From a virus: 64,000 bases of DNA. Both the position numbers and the translations under genes were made by a program. A model generated the notes under the pieces. The model was not told the DNA's origin and did not search any database. It saw only the letters and a program-made list of their open reading frames with translations. Shown in pieces: positions 37,605-46,868 of this stretch. The DNA lies in IMG/VR virus record IMGVR_UViG_3300027759_000051. The stretch is one strand, 5' to 3'. Numbering within the stretch: position 1 is the stretch's first letter; each line of letters opens with the position of its first letter.

Positions 37605-37993
37605 TAGACCTTCTCCTTCGGTCGGATTACTGAGATCGCCATCTCACCATCAGTAGCAATGATCTCTAGTATTCCCTCTGAACCATCACAACGTGCGATC
37701 ATCTCATTCACGTCATCACCAAGAAACTCTACGAAGTCATCTCCACCACAAGCGTCTATGAGTTTGTCGTAGTCACAACCACTCTCATATCCTTTTGCGT
37801 ACACGATTACGTTGTTTCCTTCACTGTCCACTAAACGTGGTGAACCATTAGACATTAGGTATGTACCATCATCTTTAATCCACCACAATCCTGCGCCAGT
37901 ATCCTCTCCATATAGAGTCTGTGCTTCAGGTGATGTCTTAGCGTGTGCGAGGAGTCGTGCTACTTCTCTGAGGTCAAAGCGTAATGCGGTCAT
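37604..37993 (-). CDS. DUF3085 family protein
   Basis: 'GLW.IKD.GTYLMSNG...VYA.G...GGDDFVEF'; promoter copy at 38025. Confidence 0.8.
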   Translation of the reverse strand: MTALRFDLREVARLLAHAKTSPEAQTLYGEDTGAGLWWIKDDGTYLMSNGSPRLVDSEGNNVIVYAKGYESGCDYDKLIDACGGDDFVEFLGDDVNEMIARCDGSEGILEIIATDGEMAISVIRPKEKV

Positions 37994-38059
37994 TAGTATC
38001 TCTTTCTGTAGGTGTATGCTCAGTGTATCAGGGCGACTAATCTATACCGACTCTCTAGC

Positions 38060-38920
38060 AGTGGTACACATATCCCTAGTGGGGGGTGTACCCGTATGGC
38101 TACCCGTGTGGCTGCGAGCCTTGAGCCATAAGGCTGAGGGGTTGATGGGGGTAAGGGGTAGAGGGGCTATGGGCTATGGGGTATGGGCTATGGGGTATGG
38201 GGTATGGGCCGGATATAGGTGATGGGCTATGTGTGGTGTATCACTACGGCTATTGGTATGGGTATCTGTTCGGCTACGTACTGTGTCTCTATGTACTAGG
38301 GGGTGTACTAATGAGTGGGGGGTGGTGATACCTATGTGTAGTGGGTGATGGTATGTAGGTGCGGCTCAGATGGTGATGATGAGTGAGGGTGATGAGTAGT
38401 GATGAGATGTTATTGAGTGAGGGTGATGGTGTTAGGTGATGTGTGTAGAGGAGAGATGAGAGAGGGGTTAGGTAGATGAGTGAGAGAGAAGTGGTGAGTG
38501 ATGAATGAGTAGAGAGAGATGAGGGGTGAGGGAGTGAGGAGTAGATGATGATCAGTGATGATGACATACATAGATGAGTGATGTGATGTGTAGTGATGGG
38601 TATCGAGTACTGGATGAGTGATGAGTGATGGTGATGATGGATGGTGATGATGGATGATGATAGGAGTGAGTGATGAGTGATGATAGGTAGTGGTGATGAG
38701 TGATGATGATGAATGAATGATGATGATGATGATGAGTAGTAGTGATGAGTAGTAGTGATGAGTAGTAGTGATGATGAGTAGGTAGTAGGTAGTAGGTGGT
38801 GATGATGATAGGTAGTAGTAGCTAGTAGTACGTACGTATGTGTAGTAGTAGGTACTAGTAGTAGTGGTATGTATGTAGTGGTATAGGTGGTATGTACTAT
38901 GTATATGGTGAGGTACTAAC
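38060..38920 (+). repeat. Strand-asymmetric, C-depleted low-complexity tract
   Basis: Units drift GGG(C/G)TAT > GATGAG > GAT > GTAGTA; almost no C on the + strand from 38330 to 38920. Confidence 0.9.
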
Positions 38921-39030
38921 TACCCGCAGAGATACCCGCAATGCTGCGCGATTCCCTGATGACTAAGGCCTCGCCTCGCCGGGCTACGTCGTGTCTACTA
39001 CGTGTGTGATGTGCCATACGTATTGACGTG

Positions 39031-39068
39031 CGCTCTCACTCGATGACGACGCTCTCACTCGATGACGA
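39031..39068 (+). repeat. 19-bp tandem duplication
   Basis: CGCTCTCACTCGATGACGA x2. Confidence 0.9.
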
Positions 39069-39420
39069 CGACTGCCCTTGCCCTACTATCACTGCGCTTG
39101 TGATGTGCTGAGTGAGTGATGTATGTATGAAGTGTTTATGTTTTATTTTTCATCACGACAACGAGCTTGCCTTGCTGCTGTGCGAAAACGTCTGCGTTCT
39201 TTTCTATTTGCGAGGGGTGTTTGTTTCTATTCCTGAGGGGCGGTTTCCGGCTGTCGTTTTTGCTGGCACGATTATTTTTTAAGGCATTTCCATAGGCACT
39301 TTTTGACTTGACTTGCCTCTAGGTTTTTGGTAGGCTGGAGGTTGTAGGGTTCGTTCGGTTGATAGGTTATTGTGTTACCTATACACTATAGACATTACCT
39401 ATAAGTGGTTCAGCACACTG

Positions 39421-39527
39421 TAAGGTGCACCTAACATACTTTGTAAGGGCAACCTAACAGATGATGTATGGTCAGCCTAACGCTGCTTGTAAGGTTAGCC
39501 TAACATTAGGTATTAGGTCAGCCTAAC
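39421..39527. repeat. Five DtxR/IdeR-box-like repeats at exact 23-bp period
   Basis: TWWGG-N4-CCTAAC at 39421, 39444, 39467, 39490, 39513; copy 4 (TAAGGTTAGCCTAACATTA) matches TWAGGTWAGSCTWACCTWA at 18/19. Confidence 0.8.
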
Positions 39528-39555
39528 ACGAGGGTGCGAAGCCCCGACTGCCTTG

Positions 39556-39569
39556 CGAACGTGTGTTCG
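39556..39569. promoter_or_regulatory. SOS (LexA) box, Gram-positive/actinobacterial type
   Basis: CGAAC-GTGT-GTTCG, perfect CGAAC-N4-GTTCG. Confidence 0.7.
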
Positions 39570-39858
39570 TAGTGGGGGGGTAGCTATAAACCAAATTTTT
39601 GAGTCCCCATTCTTTTAAATAGATTTATCCAAAGTTGCTGCTACAGCAATCCATCTTGATAGTCGTTCCCGGTGAAGAGTAAGTTGCGATACGCAGTTTC
39701 CTCAATGCTGGTCAGCGTGCGCCTTGTGCGCCTCTCGGGGGGTTCTAGGCGCTCCGTGATGGACTGTAAGTGCCTGTCTGCCCTCATGTGACCCTGAACT
39801 AAATACGACGTGTACAAACGCCTCAGGGCCGATTGTGACCAGCTGTGGTAATTTTATA

Positions 39859-39867
39859 TTATCCACA
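39859..39867 (+). promoter_or_regulatory. DnaA box
   Basis: TTATCCACA; a single 9-mer, so chance occurrence is possible. Confidence 0.4.
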
Positions 39868-39918
39868 TATTGGGTATGCGCTATAAATATTGTAGGCAGC
39901 CTCGTCTTTCGGATAAAT

Positions 39919-40182
39919 TTATCCCAGAAGTGCTCGTCCTTCTTTTGAGATTTTGAGCGCTCGGGCGAGCCGTTTTCCATCTTTTGGCTGTTCTATGTAC
40001 CCTTTAGCAGATATCTCTGCCATCATCTCAGCAACCGTGGAGGTAGAAGGTACGCCCATCGCTTCTCCGATTTCTCGAATTGATGGGCTGTAGCCATTTT
40101 CTTTAGCGAACGAATCAATGAACCTGATTGCTTCTGTCATGCGCTCTTGCGTTTTTAGGTTTCTTTTAATATGAGCAGCCAT
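39919..40182 (-). CDS. LexA-like repressor, DNA-binding domain only
   Basis: 'FI.......GYSPSIREIG...G..STSTV.......KGYI.......RAL'; no S24 peptidase domain. Confidence 0.85.
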   Translation of the reverse strand: MAAHIKRNLKTQERMTEAIRFIDSFAKENGYSPSIREIGEAMGVPSTSTVAEMMAEISAKGYIEQPKDGKRLARALKISKEGRALLG

Positions 40183-40259
40183 TTAATCTCCGATGTGGTG
40201 GTTTATTTGAATAAATCTATCCGAGAAAGGCTCATTTTCAAAAAAATTTCGGAGGGTTT

Positions 40260-40574
40260 TTATGATTCTTTACTGTTGTCTTCTTCTTTGTATTTGCGGG
40301 GGTTCCGGGCGCGGTCAAATTCTTCCATTTGTGTGTTGAATCCGCAGGTGCACCTCCCGTACTTTGTTGCGCAACTTACTTTGTGCTGTGCGTAAACGAC
40401 TGTGGCGTCTATAACTCTCCATGTATTTACTGTTACATCAGCTGTCGGTCTTGCTGTGAGGTACCGCAGGCTTGAGATCTCTGTGATTATCTGCTTGACG
40501 AATACGGCCTCATCTGAGCCCTTCTTTTCCTCGTCAGCAAACCACTCTTGCAAGATATCTAAAATGTCTGTCAT
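40260..40574 (-). CDS. Hypothetical protein
   Basis: H...C......C.CG motif. Confidence 0.55.
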   Translation of the reverse strand: MTDILDILQEWFADEEKKGSDEAVFVKQIITEISSLRYLTARPTADVTVNTWRVIDATVVYAQHKVSCATKYGRCTCGFNTQMEEFDRARNPRKYKEEDNSKES

Positions 40575-40598
40575 AGTGCTAGATGCTATCGGCTATAT

Positions 40599-40868
40599 CT
40601 ATCTGCCACGGCAACAACCACAGCATTCGTGGTCTTTAGACTCGGTTGCCTCGTCTGGATCTGGATGCGCTATGTCGTGCATGCAGATTCTCTCAATAAT
40701 CTTCTTTGTTGAATTCCAGTTCTGAGACCACGCAACCATGTGATGATCTGACTGGTTGTGTATTGGGCACTTTCTACCCGAACACTTAGTTGGGCTATGT
40801 ACTCCTACGAGCACCTGCCCACCTACCAGCGTGTATGAAATACCATGTATTACTTCTTTTTCACTCAT
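40599..40868 (-). CDS. Cys/His-rich actinophage-type protein
   Basis: 'H....C.G..C.IH..SDH.M..W......ER.C.H...HPDPD...H.C.GCC'. Confidence 0.7.
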   Translation of the reverse strand: MSEKEVIHGISYTLVGGQVLVGVHSPTKCSGRKCPIHNQSDHHMVAWSQNWNSTKKIIERICMHDIAHPDPDEATESKDHECCGCCRGR

Positions 40869-41193
40869 CTAGACCCCACATATCGTCATACCAAGCATTA
40901 CCGTACACCAGAAATGGGTGGAAACCGTACTTAGTGCAGATTCTGTCAGCTTCATACACGGTGAGACCACGTTCCTCCCACTTAGATATTGATCTTCTGT
41001 AGTCAAGGGAGAATTCTTTTGGCAAAAACTCTAATAATGGCAAGATAGATAGGCGTGCAGCTTTTCTTGATTTTCTTTTTTCATTATTATCTTTAATTGC
41101 TTTTTTTATTCCGTCTGTGCACTCTTGACATCTGCATTTGAGTTTGTAATAGGTGTATTGTGATCCGTGGGCGAGTTCTTCCACTTTTTCCAT
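40861..41193 (-). CDS. HG..Y...CRC..C zinc-knuckle protein
   Basis: 'HGSQYTYYKLKCRCQEC'; C-terminal 'ADRIC...G.HP..VYG'. Confidence 0.7.
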   Translation of the reverse strand: MEKVEELAHGSQYTYYKLKCRCQECTDGIKKAIKDNNEKRKSRKAARLSILPLLEFLPKEFSLDYRRSISKWEERGLTVYEADRICTKYGFHPFLVYGNAWYDDMWGLDE

Positions 41194-41344
41194 TTTCTAG
41201 ACTTTCTTATTCTGTAGCCATTGATGTGAAGCTGGTCAATGATGTGCTCTGGAATATTCGTTGTTACAACTATCCCGTGATGATTAAGTGCTCGTCTAAT
41301 TATTTCATTTTTGTTACCCATTGTCAACCTCTCTCTACCGATAG

Positions 41345-41408
<64 letters not shown>

Positions 41409-41418
<10 letters not shown>

Positions 41419-41591
41419 GTATTCGGTTTTCCCTCAGACTTTTTTGCAATCAAAACGTTCATGGGGGCTCCATTCCAGGCAACTTGAAAATATTTATCTT
41501 GATGGCTGCCGCAACATGGTGTTCCCCATGTGGCACCGTTCTTACATTGCTTGCCCTTGCTAGTTTTTGCTAGGCACCTGACGTATGTCAT
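41409..41591 (-). CDS. Small CCCH-type protein (C.A.T..G..CKN)
   Basis: 'RCLAKTSKGKQCKN...C..H'. Confidence 0.55.
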
Positions 41592-41947
41592 GTTTATTTT
41601 TTATTCTCTAGATTCATTTTCAATTTCCTCATCTCCTCTACTTGTAGCCATTTTTTGAGTTTCTCGCTCCGTATATGCACTTGTGATTGTCGTGCCACAT
41701 TTGCACATGTTCCCACTTGTGCCAGCGAAATGATTTCCTGCGACACTCCGTACAAATTCCACGAAAGCTTTTATCGGTGCTTATATTTAAAAGTGTTTCC
41801 ATTTATTTAATTTTGTTCTCTTTGTAAAACAATTCTAGTGCTTGTCGGATTACAGAACTTCTAGCAAGCTTCATGTTCTGAGATGCTAGTTCCATCTTTC
41901 TAGCGCTTTCTCCAGAAAGGTAAACAACCAATCTCTCTGATTCTTTT

Positions 41948-42196
41948 TTACTCATCATTCGCCTCTTCTGAATCGGTAGAACTCATAAATTTATTAGCAG
42001 ATGGAGTTACTGGAGGGAAGCGCATTATTGGTAGGTCAATATAGGGATGTTTTGGCAGACGCATTAACTCAAGTTCATGTTCAAGTTCATGTATCCTTAT
42101 CTGGAGACTCAGTATATCTGGATAGTTGTCTATTGAACGTGGACACTCATTGCATGTGTACTTTCCACCTGGGGTGAATGGCTTCCAATGTTTCAT
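41948..42196 (-). CDS. Hypothetical protein
   Basis: GAAGGG SD. Confidence 0.5.
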   Translation of the reverse strand: MKHWKPFTPGGKYTCNECPRSIDNYPDILSLQIRIHELEHELELMRLPKHPYIDLPIMRFPPVTPSANKFMSSTDSEEANDE

Positions 42197-42223
42197 ATCA
42201 TTCCCTTCTTTCGTTAACTATAG

Positions 42224-42297
42224 TACCGCACCTGGGAATTGAACCCAGCCGTGGATGTTTATAAGACATCTGTGTTCTACCAGCTCACCCGTGCGGT
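42224..42297 (-). tRNA. Atypical tRNA-Ile (TAT)
   Basis: ACCGCAC/GTGCGGT acceptor; GATGT-CTTATAA-ACATC anticodon arm; CTGGG-TTCAATT-CCCAG T-arm; G at position 8; 3-bp D stem. Confidence 0.8.
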
Positions 42298-42384
42298 CAG
42301 AATCATGCCCGCACAAAGCGGGCTAGGTTATTGAATTCGCACGAAAAATTGAGCTTGGCACGCCGTTATTATATCTGGCTTTTT

Positions 42385-42579
42385 TTATTTTTCTATTTTT
42401 TTACCGAAATATTTCTTCATTTCATCTCCATCTAATATTATGTCTGGAGTCATGTTTCTTATATCCAGCAACCTGTCTATGACGCTACTAATTGACAAAA
42501 GCCTATGTTGGTCATGAGCGTATATACTGGAAAGTTCTTCTAGGTAATCGTCTATTTCTTTCACTTCTGAAGCATACAC
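42385..42579 (-). CDS. Hypothetical protein
   Basis: 64-aa ORF. Confidence 0.45.
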   Translation of the reverse strand: MYASEVKEIDDYLEELSSIYAHDQHRLLSISSVIDRLLDIRNMTPDIILDGDEMKKYFGKKIEK

Positions 42580-42693
42580 GATTAAGGTTGAATATTTTTA
42601 AAATAATATTTGTTAGAGGTTGTTGTATTTAAAAAAATCTCATAATATAACAACAACCTACAAACAATGGCTAAATGCCTAAAGGAGATTAAA

Positions 42694-42897
42694 ATGTCCG
42701 AATACAATAAGCTTAAAAGCAAAGGACTTGGACGCGGTCGTCCAGCACTCAGCGCAGAAGAGCGTGAATCACGCCGTGACAGCAATGCGAAGCGCCAAGA
42801 AGCACGTCGTCGTGCTCATATTGTTTTGCAGCATAAGTACGCTGAAGAGTACGAGCGAATCTTCTCTACAGAGCTTCGTGAACTTACAAAAAAGTAA
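42694..42897 (+). CDS. Small basic AT-hook (GRGRP) protein
   Basis: AAGGAG SD; terminator at ~42910-42950. Confidence 0.7.
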   Translation: MSEYNKLKSKGLGRGRPALSAEERESRRDSNAKRQEARRRAHIVLQHKYAEEYERIFSTELRELTKK

Positions 42898-43292
42898 TAC
42901 TTTTTAACTAGACACCAGGTGATTTAACGTCGCCTGGTGTCTTTTTTTTATTCATTTTGAACTCAAGTGATGCTATTTGATCAAGCATATCTTCTCGTTC
43001 TGCTTTGTCTTTTTGCTCGTAAATTTTAACGCTACTTATCTGGGCTTTTTCTGATGAGTTTCTTATTGGAAGTGGCATTTTTACATCTCGTAATATTTGT
43101 TGTTGTTTTTTTGTTTATGTGGTCTTTTGCGTGATTCGCCGTAAGCAGTTTGAACCCATGTATCGTAATCTTCTGGTATTCCAGAATTTGATATTACGTA
43201 TTTTTGATACATTTCAAAAAGATCTTCATCTTCCTCAAAATTTGGCATTTTATTTTTTATCTTTCATATATTTATGTACTTAACTTTTTATT

Positions 43293-46200
43293 TTAGAAAT
43301 CAATTTTTGATTTTATCCTGATTGACGTTCCTGCCCACCTGTCGTTGTTGGCTAAGCGCATTCTTGCGTTCTTGCTCAACTCCGCCAACTGTCTTGCGCC
43401 GTATTCCATTTTTTTTCTACTCTTGGACACTGCTTGCTCCATCCAGTAATGGGACATGTCAGCATGTGCGCCAAATGCAGCGCCAAGATTCTCTGCTAAA
43501 CGGCGCGCTGCTTCGTCTTGCGCTGTCGTTGAGTATGACTCTCCGCCAGTGAATATTTTTCTTGCTCCCATTTCCTTAAGCATGTCAGCTACTTCTTTGT
43601 CAACAGTGTCACTGTTTTTGTTTTTAACTACTCTTGCGTTAGGAAGCCTTAGCGGTTCTCCCGGTTTTGGAACTAGATACGTATCTACGGGAAATAAAAC
43701 ATCAAGACTGTCTGGGTTTGCATCAAGAACGTCTTTTAATGGAACAATAATTATATTTGTCCCAGAATCACTACGTTGTCTCCACATGTGACCCTGAGCT
43801 AGGTGGTTTAGCGTGAAGTGAAGAGTGTCTCTGTAGTATTCGTATGGTTTTCCATCAGCGTCTACAGTTTCTCCATCATACCCTTTTATTTCATAGTCAC
43901 CCATTGGACGCAGAATAATATTTCCATCTTCGTCTTCCTCTGTGTCGTATTTTGATTCATGGACTAGATAGAGGTCTTCAATTTTCAGATCAGACACACC
44001 TTCTCTGGCCATTTCAGATTCTATTTGCTTTAATCGTTCTTCAGATCGAGTAAAGCCAGTCAATCTTTCCTGTCTGGCTTCTTCTATTAGTCTTTCTCCG
44101 CTCTCAGCCAACGCATTGAACTCATCCATGGCATCTTCGTCGCCCCTTGACCCGGCATATAGGAGTGCTTCAACCTTGGTGCCGTCTCCTGACGCAGCCT
44201 TTGCTGCCGTCCACTTGAGTGCGAACTCCTGTCCCTCTATTGAATCAGGAGAATACCCAGTTATCTCGTATGGGTTTATAGCAACTCTTTCAAAATCTTG
44301 CTCACTCCAGTCTTCCCCAGAGAATTCATCTTGCGACATGAACGCTACTTTTTCTCCACCAATATCCCATACGTCTGCTTCAAACGACACGTCCTCCGAA
44401 GAATTAACTGCCTTTTCTTTACTTGAAACAGATGTTGGTTCTGGTTTGAGGTCGCCTCTTTTAAAATTCCTAGAAACTTTTTTGCCAGACGATAAACCTA
44501 TTTGCTTACTATCCTTAACATCGCCTCTGTCAATCAAGAACTCCAAGTCAAATGGCGATAGGTCTCCAAATTCGTTGCCATCTTGTTTTTTTATTTTCTG
44601 TTTTGCTGCGCTTAATCCAGAACTGAGCGAACTAGCCGTGTCGTTATCAACCTTTTGTAAAGATAGGAAATCAGCCATGTCCTTTTCGTACTGAGCCATT
44701 TCTTGGGCGTACTTTTGTTTCTTGGCATCTTGTCTCTTTGGTATGCCTTCTACGTCTAATAGTTGTCTTGGTGCTCTCTGATTTCTAATGCCATACTCAA
44801 ACATCTTGTTCACGATCTCTGCAGATGTTTCTGAATCTACGTCAGCAGTATGCCAACCACCAGCCATATCAACTCCAAGGTAATCAGCAACTGGACCCAG
44901 TGAACTAGATGCAGACTTCTTTCCGTTCCTCTCGGTAAATGGTCCATCTGGATTTTCTGGAGACCATCTTGGCAGTAACTCATCAGCCATTGGCTTGCTA
45001 TCAATTACGCCAGCATGTTGAAAGTCAAGACCGCTTTCACTGAGAGATCTTTCAAGAAAACCTAAGTCAAAAGGAGTGTACTGACCGCCAAGTAAAGGGT
45101 TTTTCCCCGCCCACGTAATAAACTGAGCGTGAGCTTCTTTATTTGACATCTGACTATCAGCCCACTCTTGAGTTAGTGGATCGCCATTTGCGTCTTTCAG
45201 ATTCTTGAGTGACCACTCACTTAATTTTCTGTCTGGTTTTATAAATAGATTAAATCTTTCAACAACTTTTCCGCCCTTAACTCTGACAGCACCAAGTTGA
45301 ACTGGCTTGTCTTCATCTCCAAGACCAGTTGTCTCGTAGTCAAAAAATATAACCTCTAGAGCCTCGTACCTTTGTTTCATTTCTTCGTATGTTGTACAGC
45401 CCTTGAATATCTCTAAGAATTTTCCAGTGAATGGGCCATTGTCGGGTGGTCTTGGAGCAAAAGGTTCTCTTGCGGGTTTTTTTGCTTCTTCTGGTTTGCT
45501 GATTTCTTTCCCTAAGTCAAGCGATATCTGATCGGTGTCTTCTTTTCTTTTTCTCTTACGACCAGAAGAAAGTCCATTTGGAAGGACGTCCCAAGGAGAT
45601 TCGTCTTTGTCAACATCGAGCATGTCTTCTATGTCTTTTTTCAAAACATCATTTATGGCGAAATGTTTTACTTCTCTGTTTGGGTGAAGATATGCAGAAA
45701 AACCTTCCGCAAGCATCTCACTCATTGATGAGTGTGCGTAAGCCGATCTAGCCCACGGCATACTCTTGTCGGAACTTCCAGATAGCAAATTCTGGACAAG
45801 TGGTTTTTCTGTATTATATTTTTCAGCTATTGATTTTTGTTTATATGAATTTTTTCTTGTAAGTAATTTCTTGCCTGTTGGCATCTCGTCATCTTCACTC
45901 ATTAAGGCATGAAGATAATGACCCCACTCATGCCTAATTATTCCACCAAGCGTTTCATCAATAACAGCCATTCCAACCGGAGTTGTGTATCCGTCTTCAC
46001 CAAAATTTATTTTGTTCTGGTCAATGGGGGAAATAAATACTGTTCTTATGTTTCCATAGGTCGTTGCGACTGGTGGATCTACGTCAACATTTTCAAGGTC
46101 TGGTCTTTTTGCTACTGCATCTGCTGCGTATATTTTTTGTTCTGGCAAATCCATGAACGCATCATTTGCTGATTTTGTTCTTTTTACAAAAGACGGCATT

Positions 46201-46868
46201 CCGTAGTTTGAAACAGCCCATTGAAATGATGGTGATTCATCTATTGCTTTTTCAACAATCGCTCTTACTTCGGCAACCGCAGAATCACTAAAGTCAATCT
46301 GCTTGTGGGGGGCATCAAGCGCAGATGAAAATAGTAATTTTGCTTGTTTTTGCATTGCTGGATCAGATATGTGAGAAAGGCGGGAGTTTTTAAACATCTC
46401 CCACATTTGGTCTTCGTTGCCGGGAACAACAAGTTTTGAAATCTGCTTAGAGGTGAGACCCTTTAGCCAGTCTGCCCTGTTCGGCAATATTTGCTTTCCG
46501 TCAATTTCACTAATATCGCCTAATTTATAATCTTTTGCTTGGTGTCTTGCTAGCGCTTCAGATACTCCGCTTGGTAGAGCGCCGAGGGATGGACGAGCAC
46601 TAGGTGGAGACTGCTCAGGTTGCATTTCGTTCTTTGGCGATGGTTTTGCTGAGCTCAGTCCCCCAACATTTGGTACTGCTGGCCTTCTGAAAAGTGGACT
46701 GTCATCTTGCACGAATCCATCATCATCACCGTCTATGGCTTTTGGGTCAAAGCTGTCAACAGCTCCCCTAGCCTTACCGATAGTGCGACCTAATTTTCTA
46801 GATTTAGTATCTATTCTTCTTCTAAATCCCCTTGGCGTTCCATCAAGGTTGATGTATCTATTTTCCAT
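43293..46868 (-). CDS. Large multidomain protein: HEXXH zincin-like domain + DnaQ (DEDDh) exonuclease + unknown C-terminus
   Basis: HEWGH...SAYA....EMLAEGF; FFDYETTG...FD..FL...HTA..D; LSS(G/A) linkers; leaderless TACAAT-N6-ATG. Confidence 0.8.
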   Translation of the reverse strand: MENRYINLDGTPRGFRRRIDTKSRKLGRTIGKARGAVDSFDPKAIDGDDDGFVQDDSPLFRRPAVPNVGGLSSAKPSPKNEMQPEQSPPSARPSLGALPSGVSEALARHQAKDYKLGDISEIDGKQILPNRADWLKGLTSKQISKLVVPGNEDQMWEMFKNSRLSHISDPAMQKQAKLLFSSALDAPHKQIDFSDSAVAEVRAIVEKAIDESPSFQWAVSNYGMPSFVKRTKSANDAFMDLPEQKIYAADAVAKRPDLENVDVDPPVATTYGNIRTVFISPIDQNKINFGEDGYTTPVGMAVIDETLGGIIRHEWGHYLHALMSEDDEMPTGKKLLTRKNSYKQKSIAEKYNTEKPLVQNLLSGSSDKSMPWARSAYAHSSMSEMLAEGFSAYLHPNREVKHFAINDVLKKDIEDMLDVDKDESPWDVLPNGLSSGRKRKRKEDTDQISLDLGKEISKPEEAKKPAREPFAPRPPDNGPFTGKFLEIFKGCTTYEEMKQRYEALEVIFFDYETTGLGDEDKPVQLGAVRVKGGKVVERFNLFIKPDRKLSEWSLKNLKDANGDPLTQEWADSQMSNKEAHAQFITWAGKNPLLGGQYTPFDLGFLERSLSESGLDFQHAGVIDSKPMADELLPRWSPENPDGPFTERNGKKSASSSLGPVADYLGVDMAGGWHTADVDSETSAEIVNKMFEYGIRNQRAPRQLLDVEGIPKRQDAKKQKYAQEMAQYEKDMADFLSLQKVDNDTASSLSSGLSAAKQKIKKQDGNEFGDLSPFDLEFLIDRGDVKDSKQIGLSSGKKVSRNFKRGDLKPEPTSVSSKEKAVNSSEDVSFEADVWDIGGEKVAFMSQDEFSGEDWSEQDFERVAINPYEITGYSPDSIEGQEFALKWTAAKAASGDGTKVEALLYAGSRGDEDAMDEFNALAESGERLIEEARQERLTGFTRSEERLKQIESEMAREGVSDLKIEDLYLVHESKYDTEEDEDGNIILRPMGDYEIKGYDGETVDADGKPYEYYRDTLHFTLNHLAQGHMWRQRSDSGTNIIIVPLKDVLDANPDSLDVLFPVDTYLVPKPGEPLRLPNARVVKNKNSDTVDKEVADMLKEMGARKIFTGGESYSTTAQDEAARRLAENLGAAFGAHADMSHYWMEQAVSKSRKKMEYGARQLAELSKNARMRLANNDRWAGTSIRIKSKIDF

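Larger units (their letters stand above)
6466..38050. promoter_or_regulatory. Family of ~31 phage promoters, consensus t(a/c)GG(t/a)ATAG(a/g)TTAT(t/c)C-N5-TG(a/g)TAcagT
   Basis: Minus copies near 6468, 8609, 9470, 9855, 10241, 11317, 11832, 24103, 27859, 28657, 38025. Plus copies near 11919, 12376, 13237, 13741, 14204, 15087, 15375, 16056, 16400, 16951, 17759, 18673, 19277, 20499, 21050, 24322, 24589, 28751, 29068, 31473. Each points into a gene start; TGn-TAnnnT extended -10, often exactly 6 nt before a leaderless ATG. Confidence 0.92.

Noticed and set aside
6466-38050. The repeated ~30-bp motif as a CRISPR array or integron attC sites
   Set aside because: Copies are degenerate, separated by whole genes and always oriented into starts with a -10 element; no cas or integron integrase gene is in the window.
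37812-38567. ORFs 37812-38222 (+) and 38289-38567 (-)
   Set aside because: They are by-products of the low-complexity tract and have no SD or promoter.
39421-39527. The 23-bp-period array as a mini-CRISPR
   Set aside because: 15-bp units with 8-bp spacers are far too short.
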